DNA of 63,382 nucleotides, filler included, from Cercozoa sp. M6MM (lineage: Eukaryota; Protista; Endomyxa: Ascetosporea): assembly GCA_040357565.1 (NCBI GenBank). It is 9 parts of 9 records of this genome, joined end to end, with 100 filler letters (N's around TTAATTAATTAA, not from the genome) between each part and the next. Parts side by side here need not be neighbours in the genome. Positions count along the whole stretch, not along the records: positions 14,838 to 30,112 come from JBDODJ010000308.1; positions 30,213 to 35,633 come from JBDODJ010000913.1; 7 more parts are not named here. One strand, written 5' to 3'. Positions 14,738 to 30,276 of this stretch are shown here, one piece after another. The position numbers and the translations under genes are program-made. Numbering within the stretch: the first letter of the stretch is position 1; each line of letters begins with the position of its first letter. The notes beneath the pieces were generated by a model, which saw only the letters and a program-made list of their open reading frames with translations, ran no database searches and was not told the origin of the DNA.

Positions 14738-14837
14738 NNNNNNNNNNNNNNNNNNNNNNNNNNNNNNNNNNNNNNNNNNNNTTAATTAATTAANNNNNNN
14801 NNNNNNNNNNNNNNNNNNNNNNNNNNNNNNNNNNNNN
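14738..14837. other. Artificial scaffold-joining spacer (N-TTAATTAATTAA-N); same spacer at about 30113, 35634, 41000, 47366, 50535, 54093 and 58592
   Basis: Identical 12-mer giving stops in all six frames, embedded in N runs, eight times. Confidence 0.97.
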
Positions 14838-14956
<119 letters not shown>

Positions 14957-14965
14957 CACAGATAC

Positions 14966-15380
14966 CAGCATGCGGCCACAGCGACACCAGGCGACTCTGC
15001 TGCTCCAGCAGTCGGTACACAAGCGCACGACGCGCGTCACGTCTCTCCGCGCGCCTGTAGTCACATACTCAGTGATCACACTCGAACCATATTGACCACA
15101 GACAGATAAACGCACTTCACGAGATAACGACCACCCAGCGTACAGCCGACCAGCATGGCCAGAGCGCCAAACGCGCCGGCACCGCCTGCTGTTGTGCGTT
15201 TCTTGAGGTGGTGATGTGTCCGCTTGCCTGTGAACGGCGTCGCTGGCGGCGCAAACTCCCTTTTTTGACAAATAACATGCGCATATTTTTCGTCAACTGC
15301 AACTGCCAAAATGCACCGATCGATATGCGCATATTTACATTGTGTGCATCCAGCGACGCTGGACCTGCCTCCTGAAGTTA
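14966..15380 (-). CDS. Hypothetical protein, 5' fragment
   Basis: GC-rich exon-like blocks with GT-AG introns, divergent from the RPA34-like gene; reading frame unresolved. Confidence 0.3.
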
Positions 15381-15528
15381 TGCATTGTTGTCACACACGT
15401 CAGGACACAACTAGCCACGTTAAGATCCTGGAGCACGGGCCGAAATATTGGCTACAAGTTGTCGCCACCAAGTTCTCGGCTTGAGACTCAAAGGACTTCG
15501 CACAGCGCGCTAGCGATCCAGTGGCACA

Positions 15529-17147
<1,619 letters not shown>

Positions 17148-18193
17148 TTCTCTTACGTTAGCCACTAGCGAGCGCGGCGTGCGTTGCATCATTATAGAAC
17201 GTATTCCCGCGCCAGCGCAGTGAAACTCCGACCGCCTGAGATAAAAAACTCGAATGTACCAGACGAGAGATGTAGGTTTAAGCTTGTCGTTTCACATCAC
17301 TGCGCTCCCAAAGCCGCAGTACATGCACGACTGAATGACGGCACGAAAGAAAGAAGCGAGAATTGGAAGCAGTGAGCCAGGTGAATAATAAGACCCTATG
17401 TCTGTCTTGGGAAATCCTACCAGCGTGGTACTGTGGTTTTACCCGTAGACCGGACCTGCAGACCTCAACTTCGAGTCGAACGCGAGCCTCTGATCGTTAC
17501 TGAAATTGAGAGGGCTAGTCTTGTGCATTCCACGGCTCAAGGTTCTTACACGATGGCGTCGCGGCTGCCACCTGCATTTCTCGTTCCTGTGCGACTGTGC
17601 TTCACCTCCGTCGACCTCAGTCGCGCTGTACAAACTCAACCTTCTTCAACTCTATTGGGTAGAGCAACGAAGGACAATCGCGATGTTGCGCGAAGCTAGC
17701 GAACAATAGCTGTTCCGCCCCAAAACCCTTGAGAAAATTTGAAACTGCTGTTGGGCGGCTTTAGTACGCTTTAGCCGGCGGAAAGTATAGTTTTTTGGTC
17801 AAACTTCCAAAGGTCACTAGTCAGTGCTGAGTTGTGAAAAAAGACTAGAAAGCAAGACACGAGTGCATTGCGCGCACTAAGTTATAAATTTTTATGACAA
17901 GGTTTTTGCGTTCAACGATGGTACGTTTTCCTGGTGGGGCGTGATTCACCACTGTGCAATGTGCTGCCTGGGGGTGTCTGTGCACTACGAGTGTGCCTGT
18001 GGGCTGTCGAGAGTTGTTTGAGCTTTCTGTGACGTACGAACTGCTCGGTGTATGACGCCACTGTCCAGTGCGACTGGCGACGTGACAATAAATTTGACAG
18101 GCAGTACAGTCAATTTGTTTAGAGTAGATAGTTCCCGGAACCCATACAGAATAGTACAGTACCATTATGATATCACTTAGCCTAGTATCGATA

Positions 18194-20535
18194 CTACGTC
18201 TTTGACGCGCACACTCGCAGGCAGCCAATCAAAACGAAACAGAGGCAAAGTCCGAGGACTCCAAGTGTCACTGCCAGCCCTATGACGGCTTTCTCGCTTT
18301 TTTTGCCTACATTCCACCGCGCTATGTGACTACTTTGCATGGTTTTGATGGATTCACTCACCTGTCATTTGAGCTCCATAGCGTCCTCCAAACACCAGTG
18401 GAGTGTATTGAGAGATACTTAGCTCAACAACTTTGCCAGTGAGAGAAGCTTTCAAGTTGCTCCTGTCCTTCTTCGCGCTTCCTCTGACTGCTTTTTTGAG
18501 AACTTCAAACTACAAGAACGACAAACAAACCCAGAGGTAAGCAGTGTTTGAAAGAGACAGACGTGCAGAGAGGGAGAGTAAATAAAACCCACGTGACTTG
18601 TGGAGTTGGGACCGGGCAGGTGCAGAATGTGCCAGAAATCGACAGGCTCGTCGTCTTGCTGCAGAACGGACATTCGTCTCCTCCGACGTTGTGCGGCGAG
18701 AATGCGTCCTTCGCACAATTCTAAAGAAGATGATACTGTGATTCTACATCGCTATTGATCATCATTTATCTTTTGTACTTTGCACATACCATCGTTTTGT
18801 ACTCTGAACAGAGGCAACTGTGTCACAGGAAAATCCAGCGACAGTTGCGCCAGTGTCGGTGTGATAAAGTCCAGCAGTTGATCGAGACCCTCCGAGCGTT
18901 GGTTGACTCCAAGTGCGAGACAGGTCTGCGGCACGTAGCTTCCAACAGCACTGCGCACGTTTGCTATCGTGATACGCACGCCGAGTGCCATCAACTTGTC
19001 CGACCTGTCTTTCACGTGGCACACCGAGCGTTGCAGACACACTCCGGTGGAATTGCTCGTGCTGATGGTGTTTCCAGAGTAACTGCAAGCATTTTAATGT
19101 AACATGGGGAACCTACGCGTTTGTTCTGCAGGAGGCAAGTTCAGAAGCTTGCTGACACGCGGCGTCACCAAATCTTGTTGCAAAAGAGTGAATAAAAAAT
19201 CTACTGCAAAGGGAAATACTAGCAAATGTTGACTGTTTACAGTTCTGGAGGTATTGTCACAGTCTCATTGCACATGTTTCCAGTGAATCCAGTGTCACCT
19301 AAACAAGTTTACATCTTCATTCAAAGGGTATGAATCGAGTAGAGTACGTACACTCGCAGACTCCTTGGCGGTTGCAAACGCCGTTGCCGCTGCACTGAAC
19401 GTTGTCACTGAGTGGACACACGCGTGAGCTCGGGTATCGATGCTGGCAGATGGCACCGCCCGTTCCAGGGATGCACTTGCACCTGCCTTGCTTAGAGCAA
19501 GTGCCGTCAAACACACCTCCTTGATTGACCATACACTACGGAGACACACCGAAAGTCGACAAGACCCTTATGTAGGTACAGATTAGAGAGTGTACAGGAC
19601 AAGGAATACAGCCTTGGGCAGTCTCGTAGAAGTCTGATCGGCACCGTACACACTGCGGAAACACTCGGCCCGTGTCGTTGCACAAGCAGATTGACGAGTT
19701 TAACACGCTGCTTGGCAGTGCAAACTCCTCAGCGGCCGTAGCAGCCATGCAGTGCAGGTTGATGCCGCAGTCGTCATCGCTCGAGCACTGTGAAACATTG
19801 GACAGACTGACACAAGGTCGTTGAAGCGTGTCAAACTGTGGCTGTTGCTGCCAGCGTCCTGTTGCCAAGTTGCAGGTCACCTGAACACCCATATAAGCGA
19901 TTGAATAGGCGAAAAGGGTCTGTACAGTACATAGTAAACGAGCAAAGTCGTACATGCGACTCTGCTGACGAGTTGCATTGTATCCTTAGCAAAGCACTGT
20001 GTGACGACGTAGAAAACGGTCTGACTGAGCTCAGCGCAGCGGCAGGCAGAGACCGCGCGACATTAGCAATGTCACGTGTCACACCGCCGGCGCTGCACAC
20101 TTCCGTTTGGCAAACATCGCCTCCGTAGCCAGCGAGGCACGTGCATCGTGGCATACAAACTCCATTGCCCGAGCACTGTAGACCAGCCCCATCTAACGGG
20201 CACGTCTCTGTCTCGGTAAGTTCGCACCTGGCTCCTCGAAACCTGAAAACCAGCAAACTTTTTCAAGCTCCCTTTATCCAAACTGAGTGACTGAGCCTTA
20301 CGGATCTTGGCAGACACAAAGGCCTGCGCTCGTGCAGACATCGGGACCGTTCAAACAATCGCAAGTCAGCAAGGAGCTGCGTCCAGTCCGGACAAACGCG
20401 ACAGCAAGAGCAGCCAAGCCTATGCAGTGTCGATAATTTACTTTTCTGACTGTATCGACCAGTAGTCAATTTACCCAAAAGTCTGAGACTCTCCCAGTTC
20501 CTGATCATGACGCCTAACCTCGTCGAAGAAGGCAT
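18194..20535 (-). CDS. EGF-repeat type I membrane protein
   Basis: Hydrophobic leader, repeated CSGNGVC..C.C..GYGG..C modules and a TM segment AVIGLAVTLGVLGLCLCFVLIGCL. The cytoplasmic tail may extend below 18194 via further exons. Confidence 0.8.
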
Positions 20536-20791
20536 CTTAGTTCGTCTTCGCTTTTAGCTTCCTCTTTTGGTTTAAACCTCCAGGATTGTCGCTCATTTTA
20601 ACTGCTGTCGGACTTTTACTGTCGGTTGTTGCAAGCGACCACGAAAAACTGGCTTTTTTCTCGTTTCGCGCCCCTCAATAAACTTACCCCAAGAAAATAC
20701 AAAGCGTACTCATCGAAAGGGATGAGTTATTGAGGGGGTAGCTGGCTTTTAACGTGCCAGGCAGAGCTACCGGGTTGTAGGTCGTTCCTAG

Positions 20792-23700
20792 ATGCCGTTC
20801 GGACACAATGCACCCACATCATCTCGATGGAGCAACTGCACTGACGAGTGCGTTTCGCCCTCTTCGTATTTTTGTGAACCCCAGAATTAATGATCTGTCT
20901 GAGTTTTGCTTGTAGTTTGCTTCGTCATATCGCACAATTCTCTGACATAAAAAGTGTGACTGCGGCGGCATGCACTTGCAGACATTGGCACCGCTCACTT
21001 AAGCAGCGTATAACTTGGCGGAGACTCGCGAGAAGGTTGTGGTTGCAACAGCACGAAGTGGATGAGCTAGCACCAAGCATCCCGGTGGTCTCGCCGCTGA
21101 ATGCACTTTCGTGTAAGCTTTACAGATTGAGTACCTGCACGTCAATCTTCACTTACGTGTATTTGCTGAATAAAAGCCACCCGTTTGCCATTTTCGACTG
21201 AATGGAAGCGAACGATGCTGTATCGAGAAACTATAGCTTTGAGTTGACAAAACGCGTCGATGCGAATAAATGCTATCACTTTACTGTAGCATGAGGTCTC
21301 ATCTGGCCGAAAAGACCGGCGCCCAACGGCTGTTCCAAGGTAAATTAACTCACATCTTTTATGCCCGAGAAGTCGAATTTCTGTGCAGAATCACGCGACA
21401 GCTATAAGTGGAGCCTGCGCTCGGGTGCGCTGTCTCGAGTGCGAGTAGTCCTTACCAGTATCATTCGCGAGCTCGGCGAGGTAGGGCTCGAGTTTAAGCA
21501 GCTCTCAGTTGACCATTTTACTGCAGTTGCAGTACCTCCCAGTAGCTAGTACTCAATTGATTTTCTGTTTCCTTTAGGCATTGGAAGTCTACCATGTTCG
21601 CATTTCGGAAAAAAAGAGATCGCATAGGCGCACTTTGTCGGCCACGGCACAGATCAATGTGTTGAGAGACGAGAAAACACCTGCCATTGTACCTCATTTT
21701 TATTTCAGTTCATCAGCAAATCCCCCATGTCTTGATTCATTACAGAGGGTTTTGGAGTGCGTTCGACTTCTTAACGACGTACATAAACGACTTTGTTCCG
21801 ACCTACGTCACTGCTTGGGAGCGATTCACGCACCGGAGTACGCCGCGCGAACGCAAAGATCGACACTTGTGCCATCGTTGCACGCAATGTTAACCTTCAA
21901 GAAACGTCGCATGTCAAACGTAGAAGTCGGAGAGTTTTTGGCGACTCCGCTGCGCAACAAGACGATCGCGTGGCACCTTCGTGGAGACAGAGTACTGCAT
22001 CCACAAAGTACTTTATGTCAACTTTCGATGCGGTGTGCTTGTGCTCAGTTTGTTGAGCAGTTGATGAACTTTGCTCGCCGGCACGTCAGCAGCGAGCCAG
22101 TGCAGACCATGTTGGCCCGTAGCATTGGCGTGCTGGCTTTGAATGAAAGCAACCGAACGAGATTGACTGACGCCGGTGCGTTCGATCACTTCGTGTGCGC
22201 CCTGCGGTTCCGCGAACCACGAGAGGACCACCGTACACAAGAGTCGTCCCATCGAGAGCAACAGCAGAGCGGGCAGTACCCCGATATCAACGATTGGCAA
22301 CGTGAACGCCTCTGGGCTGCAGTCCTGTAATCATGCGTACAAACCTATGTCTTCATGTTAGAATGTTGCTCTAGCTGGGCGTTCGTTGTTCTCTCGCGTC
22401 CACGAAGTGGCGTTGAAGGCAGAAGACACGCAGCGACACCTGGTGCCTACCTGAACGTTCAGAAACTGATTGGAACCCGCGGTTTGATCGAACTCTTGCG
22501 GGCCGTTCTCGACGAGGGATTGAAAAAGAGGCACCCTGCCGTGGTAAAATTTACATCCGCTTTAACCACATCTCGTTCTTGTACAGACAAGTTTTGTTTC
22601 TCGAAGGTTGCGCGAGCTTTGTGGTTGAGTGTAAACATTGCTCTCAAGTCAAGTGGCAAGAACCTGCTTGAACAATCCAGCTTACTTCGGTACTTTTCCC
22701 TCTCTAGTCCACAAAAATATACACATTTAAGCCCTGGTAGATGCGCCCAAGAGGTTATCAGCATGCCACTTAAGGACAGTAGTGCTGCTTGTCGTGGCGT
22801 CTCATCACTCTCCTGCTTGGTTCGTTCGTGCCTTTGTCCTGCGCAATACCCCTGGTTGATTCGATGCGGGTTTACAGAGCAAAGAGACGTCGTCGGATTT
22901 GGCCACGAGACAATTGGTCGTTGACATGAAATACAGAGCCTTGTTTTCCTTGATAAACATGAACAATCTCCCGGCTGTGCGACGGGTATCTCTGCATCTT
23001 GTCTTCAACTTTACAGTCTCTAAAAAAAATTCGGTTTCTCCAGGACTGTTCGCGAACTGAGAATATCTGTGCCATTTGTGACGTACTGGTTGAGGTAACA
23101 CACAGGACTAAATTTACTATGTCAAGTCGGTGAGTTCTTTTATTAGCACAACATGCAGGTGGCACACGCACGCGCTTCGGAAGAGAGTTTACGTACTCAC
23201 CTTGGGATGGTAAATTTCATGTAAACTTATCAGCACAAGTCAGTTTTTTACCCCGGGTGACTTATTTGTGTGAATTGAATCCATCATTGAAACAGAGTAT
23301 CATGGGTGTTCACTTGTTCGACATCATGGCAAGAGACGACGCTGTTGCTCAACTTTGGAGGTATCTATTATCAATTGAACTCGTCCAGTAACTTATGCGC
23401 AATCTCAAAAACGGAACTGTTTTTCTCCTTGCGCCAGACAATCCATGAGTGTGAAGGACTCGTTCACCCGTGTAATAGGAAACTGGAGGCAGGAAGTTGA
23501 TGCGCTGTCGAGTCAACTTTGTGAGACCAACTATAGCGACAGTGATGGGTACGAAAGCGATGGTGCAATGACGGATGACACGATCGAAATTGACTCGGTT
23601 TCGATGGAAAGCAACGACAGCAACGAATCAGCAAGTCATCTCCAAACGCTGAGCGCGACTGCTTCGTCGCTAGAGTATGAGTCTGAAAGTCCTCGCGACA

Positions 23701-23813
23701 CCGAGGCTGAGTTCAACGAAAGCATTGAGCGACTGCTATTCTGCCGACGACAGCAACTGACGCATCAAGCGGACGCTTTGCAAGAGATATACGATGCTGT
23801 TTACGCGCCTTGA
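20792..23813 (+). CDS. F-box protein with ARM-like helical region and acidic tail
   Basis: WSNCTDDLLRHIAQFSDIKSVTAAACTCRHWHR..ITWRRL (F-box); LARSIGVLALNESNRTRLTDAGAFDHFV (ARM-like). Confidence 0.7.
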
Positions 23814-24079
23814 ACGGAAAACGACTAAGTTCCGTATCGATCCTCGTGTGCAGCTTAATTTTTAAAGTTGTCGTGTTTCTACTGCTCGACTGGTAGAAAA
23901 TTTAGTAGTTCCTCGACTTAAAACCCGGCTTTCGATGCCACTGTAACTTAGTACTATGAGATGTACTCGACTTTACGACTTTACTAGTGACGGGCGTCAC
24001 TGCAATTATCAGTTTTCAGTTTCTTCAAGTTGATGTAAAGACAGGGCTAGGTATCCCGCTCCCGAACCATCGCCGCCCA

Positions 24080-24164
24080 TTAGCTAGATAAATCTACATG
24101 CGATTGAGACCAAGCATCGCGGACAAGGTCTTGGATTTCTCTCCCAAACTGCAACAAAACCAGG

Positions 24165-24213
<49 letters not shown>

Positions 24214-24313
24214 NNNNNNNNNNNNNNNNNNNNNNNNNNNNNNNNNNNNNNNNNNNNNNNNNNNNNNNNNNNNNNNNNNNNNNNNNNNNNNNNNNNNNNN
24301 NNNNNNNNNNNNN

Positions 24314-24355
<42 letters not shown>

Positions 24356-25929
24356 CACACGCACACACACAAATGCGCGCGAAAAACCTACATGTATTCT
24401 CGAGTGCGACGCATGGCATAAGTGCTCTTGCCGGCTTCAGTGTAGTCTTCGATGGTATCATCCACGTACTTGGAGAGCTTAGCAGTCGTTTTGTCCTCCT
24501 TTTTTTGCTGCTCGCGAAGGTGCTCTTCCATTTTTTGCTTTTCGTCGCGGTCACGTCTCCTTCGCTCTCGAACCTGTTCAATGAGGAATTGTTGTCGTAG
24601 CTGCTCTGCCTTAAGTGTCTCCTCATGCTTTCGCCGGTCCTGCTCTTCACGCAGCTTAAATTTCTCCAGCTGTCGGCGCATGTGCTCCTCTGCCTCTTGT
24701 CTATCCTTTTCAAAGGTTTCTTTCTGATAGCGAAGCTGCAGGCGTCTATGTTCATCAATAGCTTTCCGAAGTTCTTCGCGCTTGCGTTCGCGTTCTGCTG
24801 CCTCTCTGTCGGCACGATCGTGGGCTTCAGCTACTTCACGCTCAATACGCTCTTCTTCGTTTCTTTGCATTCGGGACAGCTGTTCGGTCATGTCATCAAT
24901 CATTTTTTGCCGCATAAGTTGCTTTTGGGCATGAAGTTCTTCGGCTCTCTTTTTCCGGGCAACCAAGACCTGTTCTTGTCGCGCATTCCACTCGTCGATC
25001 TTTTTCTGTCAGAACATTTAACTCGACAACACACACGAGAAGTGATACTAAATTTAAATTTATAATATTAGCGAAACCTCTTCTTCGAGTGACTTTGCGT
25101 GTTCCTTTTGCTTTTCCAGCTGCTGCAGATGCAGGCTTTCGACAAGCTGTTTGCGTGCATCGGCGACGCGCTTCGCATGTTCCAACTGCTCCATTTCTTG
25201 CTCTTTTCGGAGTTGCTCGCACCGCATTTTCATTCTTTCTCCTTCCTGTAAGCCCACACAAGTACTCCGGACGTGTCGAGAGTAGAAACTCGTACCAAAC
25301 GGCGTTCTTCGCGGGCCTTCTTTCGACGCTGCTCACGCTCGTCGACTTGGCTCTGGAACAGTGCGCGCGTGCGCTTCACTTCTTCAAAGTGTTCTTCTTT
25401 CTTCTGTTTCTGCTCTTCGTGGAAGGCTTTGTCGTCGGCAATGATCTTTTTTGTAAACTTTGCATCCTCGGCTATTTCTGCGAGTCGATTTTGGATCTTG
25501 GTGGCACCTTGGTGTCCTCGCTCCCAGATCACGTCGCTCACAAGCTTCGCACTCTGAAATTGCTTGTAGCGGTCGTCTGTTTCAAACACAAAACGGCGAG
25601 CTCGCTCCACAATGGCTTCTTGCTCAGCTTTTCGAATGGCTTCGCTTCGAGCATCTTGTTCCAGGAGTGCTTTTTCCTTTGCCTTCTGCAGTTGCGCAAG
25701 CCTCACCGCTGTGCGCTTGTCTTCCGCCTGATACATATCAAGGAGACACTGAATTTGGGTGGTGGTGTTGAATACAGGCTACCGACAATGTGTTCGTCCA
25801 CTGCGAATGTCTGGCTCGCGACTTTCGCCGTCGCTCTTCGAGCTTTTCAGCGGAAGTTTGAGTCTCAGTCTTCGCACCTTGCTTTGTTGCTCGAAGGCGC
25901 TCCAAGTATTCTCGTGTGAGAACCACCAT
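24080..25929 (-). CDS. Trichohyalin-plectin-homology coiled-coil flagellar protein, CFAP210/CCDC173-like
   Basis: KSRARHSQWTNTL and FETDDRYKQFQSAKLVSDVIWER resemble CFAP210/CFAP45 N-terminal motifs; long E/K/R/Q-rich helix. Confidence 0.65.
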
Positions 25930-26027
25930 TAAATGAAAGGGTTCGAGTCCTTTTGCAGTCACCAGCCGAGTGGATAGAGCTGAAACCACAAGCATTCGTC
26001 ACGCGGCAAGATCGAGCGTTATCTTTC

Positions 26028-27227
26028 ATGGAGCAAGAAACGCTTCGCGTGACTTTCATTGATCTGGACAAGAGATTATCAGGCGTATGAAGCTAGGTTC
26101 GTTAGTACACTCATGAAGACAATCTCTGCCTCTGCACCAAAGCCGGTCGAGCTGGCCGTTGATACACCCATTACAGAACTTGGGTATCTTGGCAAGTTTG
26201 TTCCGACGGATCAAGCGCATCTGCTGTTAAAGTGGGAGAGCGAGTCTTTAAATCATGAGCTATCAGCGGTTGTCGACGGAATCTCAAAGTATTGCGTTGA
26301 CTACGGCTCTTCACCTCTTCAAGACGGCTTTACTCCGCTTGAAACGGAGCATCTCTGCCGAGTTATATCATCACTGCTGACTTCATTCAAAGAGGCGGTT
26401 GCAAACCAATCATGCGAGAAAGGCAAAGAAGAAGACGCGTTGAAGACGGAGCAGGAAGAAAGGAACGAAGACCTTTCTAAACTTGGCGGAGAAGGCTTGC
26501 AGCGAAAGCACGCGATCGAGTTGAGTTGCTTCCTTGGAGTCGCGATCGACAGCTTGCTGACATCTGTTGCATTAATACCAAGCAGTACGGCAGTTCTACC
26601 ACGTTTCTCTTTTCTCCGGCGTTGTCAATATCACTTGTTGCACGACAGAGCCACATCGAAAACCCGAGTGCTATACCACTCTTGAAACGACGCAGCTTCT
26701 TAGGCTGGGAGTTGTACGATGCAGTGTGTGGAGACCGCCAGTCTGCATTGATGCGTTCGACGTACACTTGGCCAATACTCTACTGCCGATTCTCCTCCAC
26801 GAAATTGCTGCTAAACTACTCGAACACCAAAAAGCTTTATGTCGCAACAACGACTTTGTTGAAAAGGCTGAGCAAATCGACACAGCAACTATGCTTCGCG
26901 AAGACATTTCCGCGTTGGTCGACCGTGCATTTGACGCTCACAGGTGCTTTTCTACGACTACAGTACGGGACGGGAACTTTGGGTTTCAGTATTTAAACGT
27001 GCTCTGTGTTTGTAGCGAATCACTGCATGAGGAACGATTGCGACTTGAAGAGGCAGAAAGACAGAGGCTCGAGCGACTGCGGCGCATGGAGGAACGACTC
27101 TCTGTTTGCGCCGACACCGTCGTACAGACAGTTCTGGCTAACGCCTTGGGTACGGAAACCGAATTATTCAGTTGACTGCCACTTCTCACCCCCCTTCGGC
27201 TGGCGGCACTCCATCTCGGCAGTTTGA
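26028..27227 (+). CDS. Hypothetical protein
   Basis: Long open exons with plausible introns; ATG about 100 bp from the divergent CFAP210-like start; no recognised domain. Confidence 0.5.
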
Positions 27228-27359
27228 CGGATCGACGAGTTTGAGTTATTTTCTGTGTCAACGTCAAGTAGAAACCTCGGAGTTTCGATCTGACAAACTA
27301 TAATACAGTAACGGTTAGCTGTAACGTGAAAGCTAATTTAGCGAGAAGTAGTGTCTAAG

Positions 27360-28320
27360 ATGGCGTCACCCGGTGGATCGATCGACATCCAAGTCAACCC
27401 AACGGAAGTGGTGGATGAAGAGAAAGTCCCCGAATCTAGTGGATCTACGACTTCACGATCAGCGACGCCGCACAGAAAGAGCCCTCGAAAAACACGACGC
27501 CTCGCGGAACAAGACATCGTGCACCTCAAGGAGGTTTTCTCGCTCTTCGACGAAGCGGGTGTAGGCTCTATCCCAAGGTCTGTTGCTTTCTTCCTTCCCT
27601 TCTAAGGCCTTCTTTCAAGAAAACAGGAAGTGAGGTTCTTTAAGTTGCAGGGACAAGCTGCCGCAAGTAATGTTGGCACTTGATATGGTAGAGCCAACTG
27701 TAGCAGTTGCGTCTTCAGTTGGGCGGGTGCCATGCGTTTGGATTCCTGTAGGACGCTAACACGGCGCAGAGTCATTTAAGCGAAAGCGCTGGCGATCGCA
27801 TGCAGTTTGAAGAATTCCTGTCGATCATGCGACGAAAGCCCCCGCAACAACAGTTTGCTTCAGCTTTTTTTTGCCATCTTCTTCGTCCGGTATTAAGAGA
27901 ACTACTTGGCACCAGGCAAAGTCAAACTGAAAAGGAACGAATTGCTCACCTTCGCGAAGCTTTCACATTCTTCGATCGAAACCATGACAATCTTATTGAT
28001 GCACAGGTGAGGATCGTTAACTTTGATGTACAATTATACGCAACGTGCGTCAGTTACAAAGATATTCGTGCAGGAGCTCGCAGCGGTTTTGAGTACATTT
28101 CCTTCACCTCTTTCCGCGTTCGGTTGTCGATACCCTCTCGCAGGTGAACTTGGCGACACCATTTCTGTCCAGCAAGCCCATGAAATTATCGCCAAAGTCG
28201 ACACGCGCCACAAGTGAGTTTCTTACATAACTTCCACGCATTGGGAGGTCACTTGTGTGCAGTGACAAGATCGATATCGACGAGTTCATCAACCTGATGA
28301 CAAGCGATTTGCTCGATTAA
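27360..28320 (+). CDS. Calmodulin/centrin-like EF-hand protein with N-terminal extension
   Basis: LKEVFSLFDEAGVGSI, MQFEEFLSIM, LREAFTFFDRNHDNLIDAQEL, VDTRHNDKIDIDEFINLM. Confidence 0.87.
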
Positions 28321-28395
28321 AATAGCGATGCAGTACATTGACCCTGAACTGCCTGGTCACCGACACCGACACTTCCGGCTCGCTTCGTTACATTT

Positions 28396-30112
28396 TTAAC
28401 GTAGCCGTGGGTGACGACCGTACGTTTCCGTTCGTCGCGTTGCCGACGCCAGTAGCGGTGAGTCAGTTAACAAATTAAGAAACCACCTGACTCCTAGCAC
28501 GTGTTCGTTAGATACGTAACGCAATGACGCGAATTCGTCGGGATCAGCCAACCGGTCCATGTGGTCGCTGCGGCTGCTGTTGGAAGTGTGCTGATTGTTG
28601 TTGCTGTTGCTGAAAGTGCTGCTGCCGTTGTTGTTGCTGTTGTTGTTGTTGCTGCTGTTGTTGTTGCTGTTGTTGCTGTTGGAGGTACTGCATGCGGAGC
28701 CAGTGCTGCTGCTGCAGCTGCAGTAGCGACTGCGGGTGGCGCATCTGGTGCTCCCAGTTGCCCACGATGACAAAGAGCAGCACGCACACGCCCTTGCGAT
28801 CGGCGAGGACTCGCTCGATGCGCTCCATGTCCAAGTGGCGCCCCGGACTGCTCTGCACGCAGGGAGCATCATACCCCTTACCCCTCTGACCCCCCGCTAA
28901 CCCCCTTATTTACCCCCCTCAGGGAGAGTGTACATGTCGCAGCAGCGTGAGGAGCGACGGTCGCACGGAAGGGTCGGCGAAGAGACCGGCCGACGCGACG
29001 TAGAACATGGCGGCCGAACGCATCGGGTCGTTGAAGACACTGACAGTGTCTGCACAGACAGGCTTGTTGCATTGGACAAACAAGAGGAAACAACAACAAC
29101 AACAAAGGGAAATAACAAGAGGTGTACGTGGACCGACGTAGGGATACTTTTGCTCCAACACAGTGTTGCTCGCCGACTCGATGTGGAAGAAGGCGCACAG
29201 ACGTTTCTCGTGTGCCTGCATATGCGTATGTGCATATAGAAATAAAGGCATACAAAAATGGGTATACGCATGGATATATACATAGGTATACAGTGTATAT
29301 GTATACATAGACATAGTGTAGGTAGGGTATATAGAAAAAGATACGCAGTCGGGATTCTCGGCGGCAGAGCGAAGGAAGGCGACGAGTGTGGGCGTGGGAA
29401 CTTCGCCCTGGACATGCACAGATATAATCCCTTTACCCCCCTCCCACTTTACCCCCCCTGTTCACCTCCCTCTATCAGGAGCAGTACAGTGAGGCGCTGC
29501 TGCGTCGCTTGTTCCTTCACGAGCGGCATTCCCAACAGTCGCATGCCTCCTGATCATCGGGGGGGGGGGGTAAGGGGCAAAGAAGGTAGGGGGAGGGGGG
29601 TAAAGTACCGACCTGTCGCAGCGTGACGCGTGTCTCTTGATTGGCGACGAAAAGTGACATTGGCCACTGCAGCATCGCGTCATTGTCGACGAAGCGCATT
29701 CCGTCGACCTTGCTGCAGAGGTCCTCCTGTGCGCACACCACATTCTTACCCCCCACCCTACCCCCTTTCCCAGAGTGCATACCGGAAGTGTGCGACTGGT
29801 GTAGGTGTCCACCACGGGACTTCCTTGACTCACCATCTCAGCTTGCTTGCTGAGGCACAAGGCGTTCACCCCCCTTGTTACTTGTCCTCTTACCCCAATG
29901 AAAACAGAGAAAACGATACGTTAGTGAGTCGCATGACTCGCTGGCCACTGCGTTGGCCGTCAGCGTTTCTCCTGCACCAGAACAAATACCGAGAAAGACA
30001 ACAAGAAAAAATAACAAGGAAAAACAACAAAAAGCGAACGAACCGAATCGTGGGTATTTTCGCACCAGATCGACGATCCACTGTATCCGCATCTTGTACC
30101 TGTCCTCTGTGC
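28396..30112 (-). CDS. Hypothetical protein with polyQ C-terminus, 3' part (globular region loosely SPOC-like)
   Basis: Chain of GC-rich exons ending in a polyQ tract; the domain assignment is only a guess from residue pattern. Confidence 0.55.
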
Positions 30113-30276
30113 NNNNNNNNNNNNNNNNNNNNNNNNNNNNNNNNNNNNNNNNNNNNTTAATTAATTAANNNNNNNNNNNNNNNNNNNNNNNNNNNNNNNN
30201 NNNNNNNNNNNNCAACTCAACTCAACTCAACTCAACAACTCAACTCAACTCAACTCAACTTTTCGCTTTGTAGTTA

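Noticed and set aside
14782-14793. Recurring TTAATTAATTAA palindrome
   Set aside because: Always embedded in N runs of fixed total length; an artificial six-frame-stop scaffold linker.
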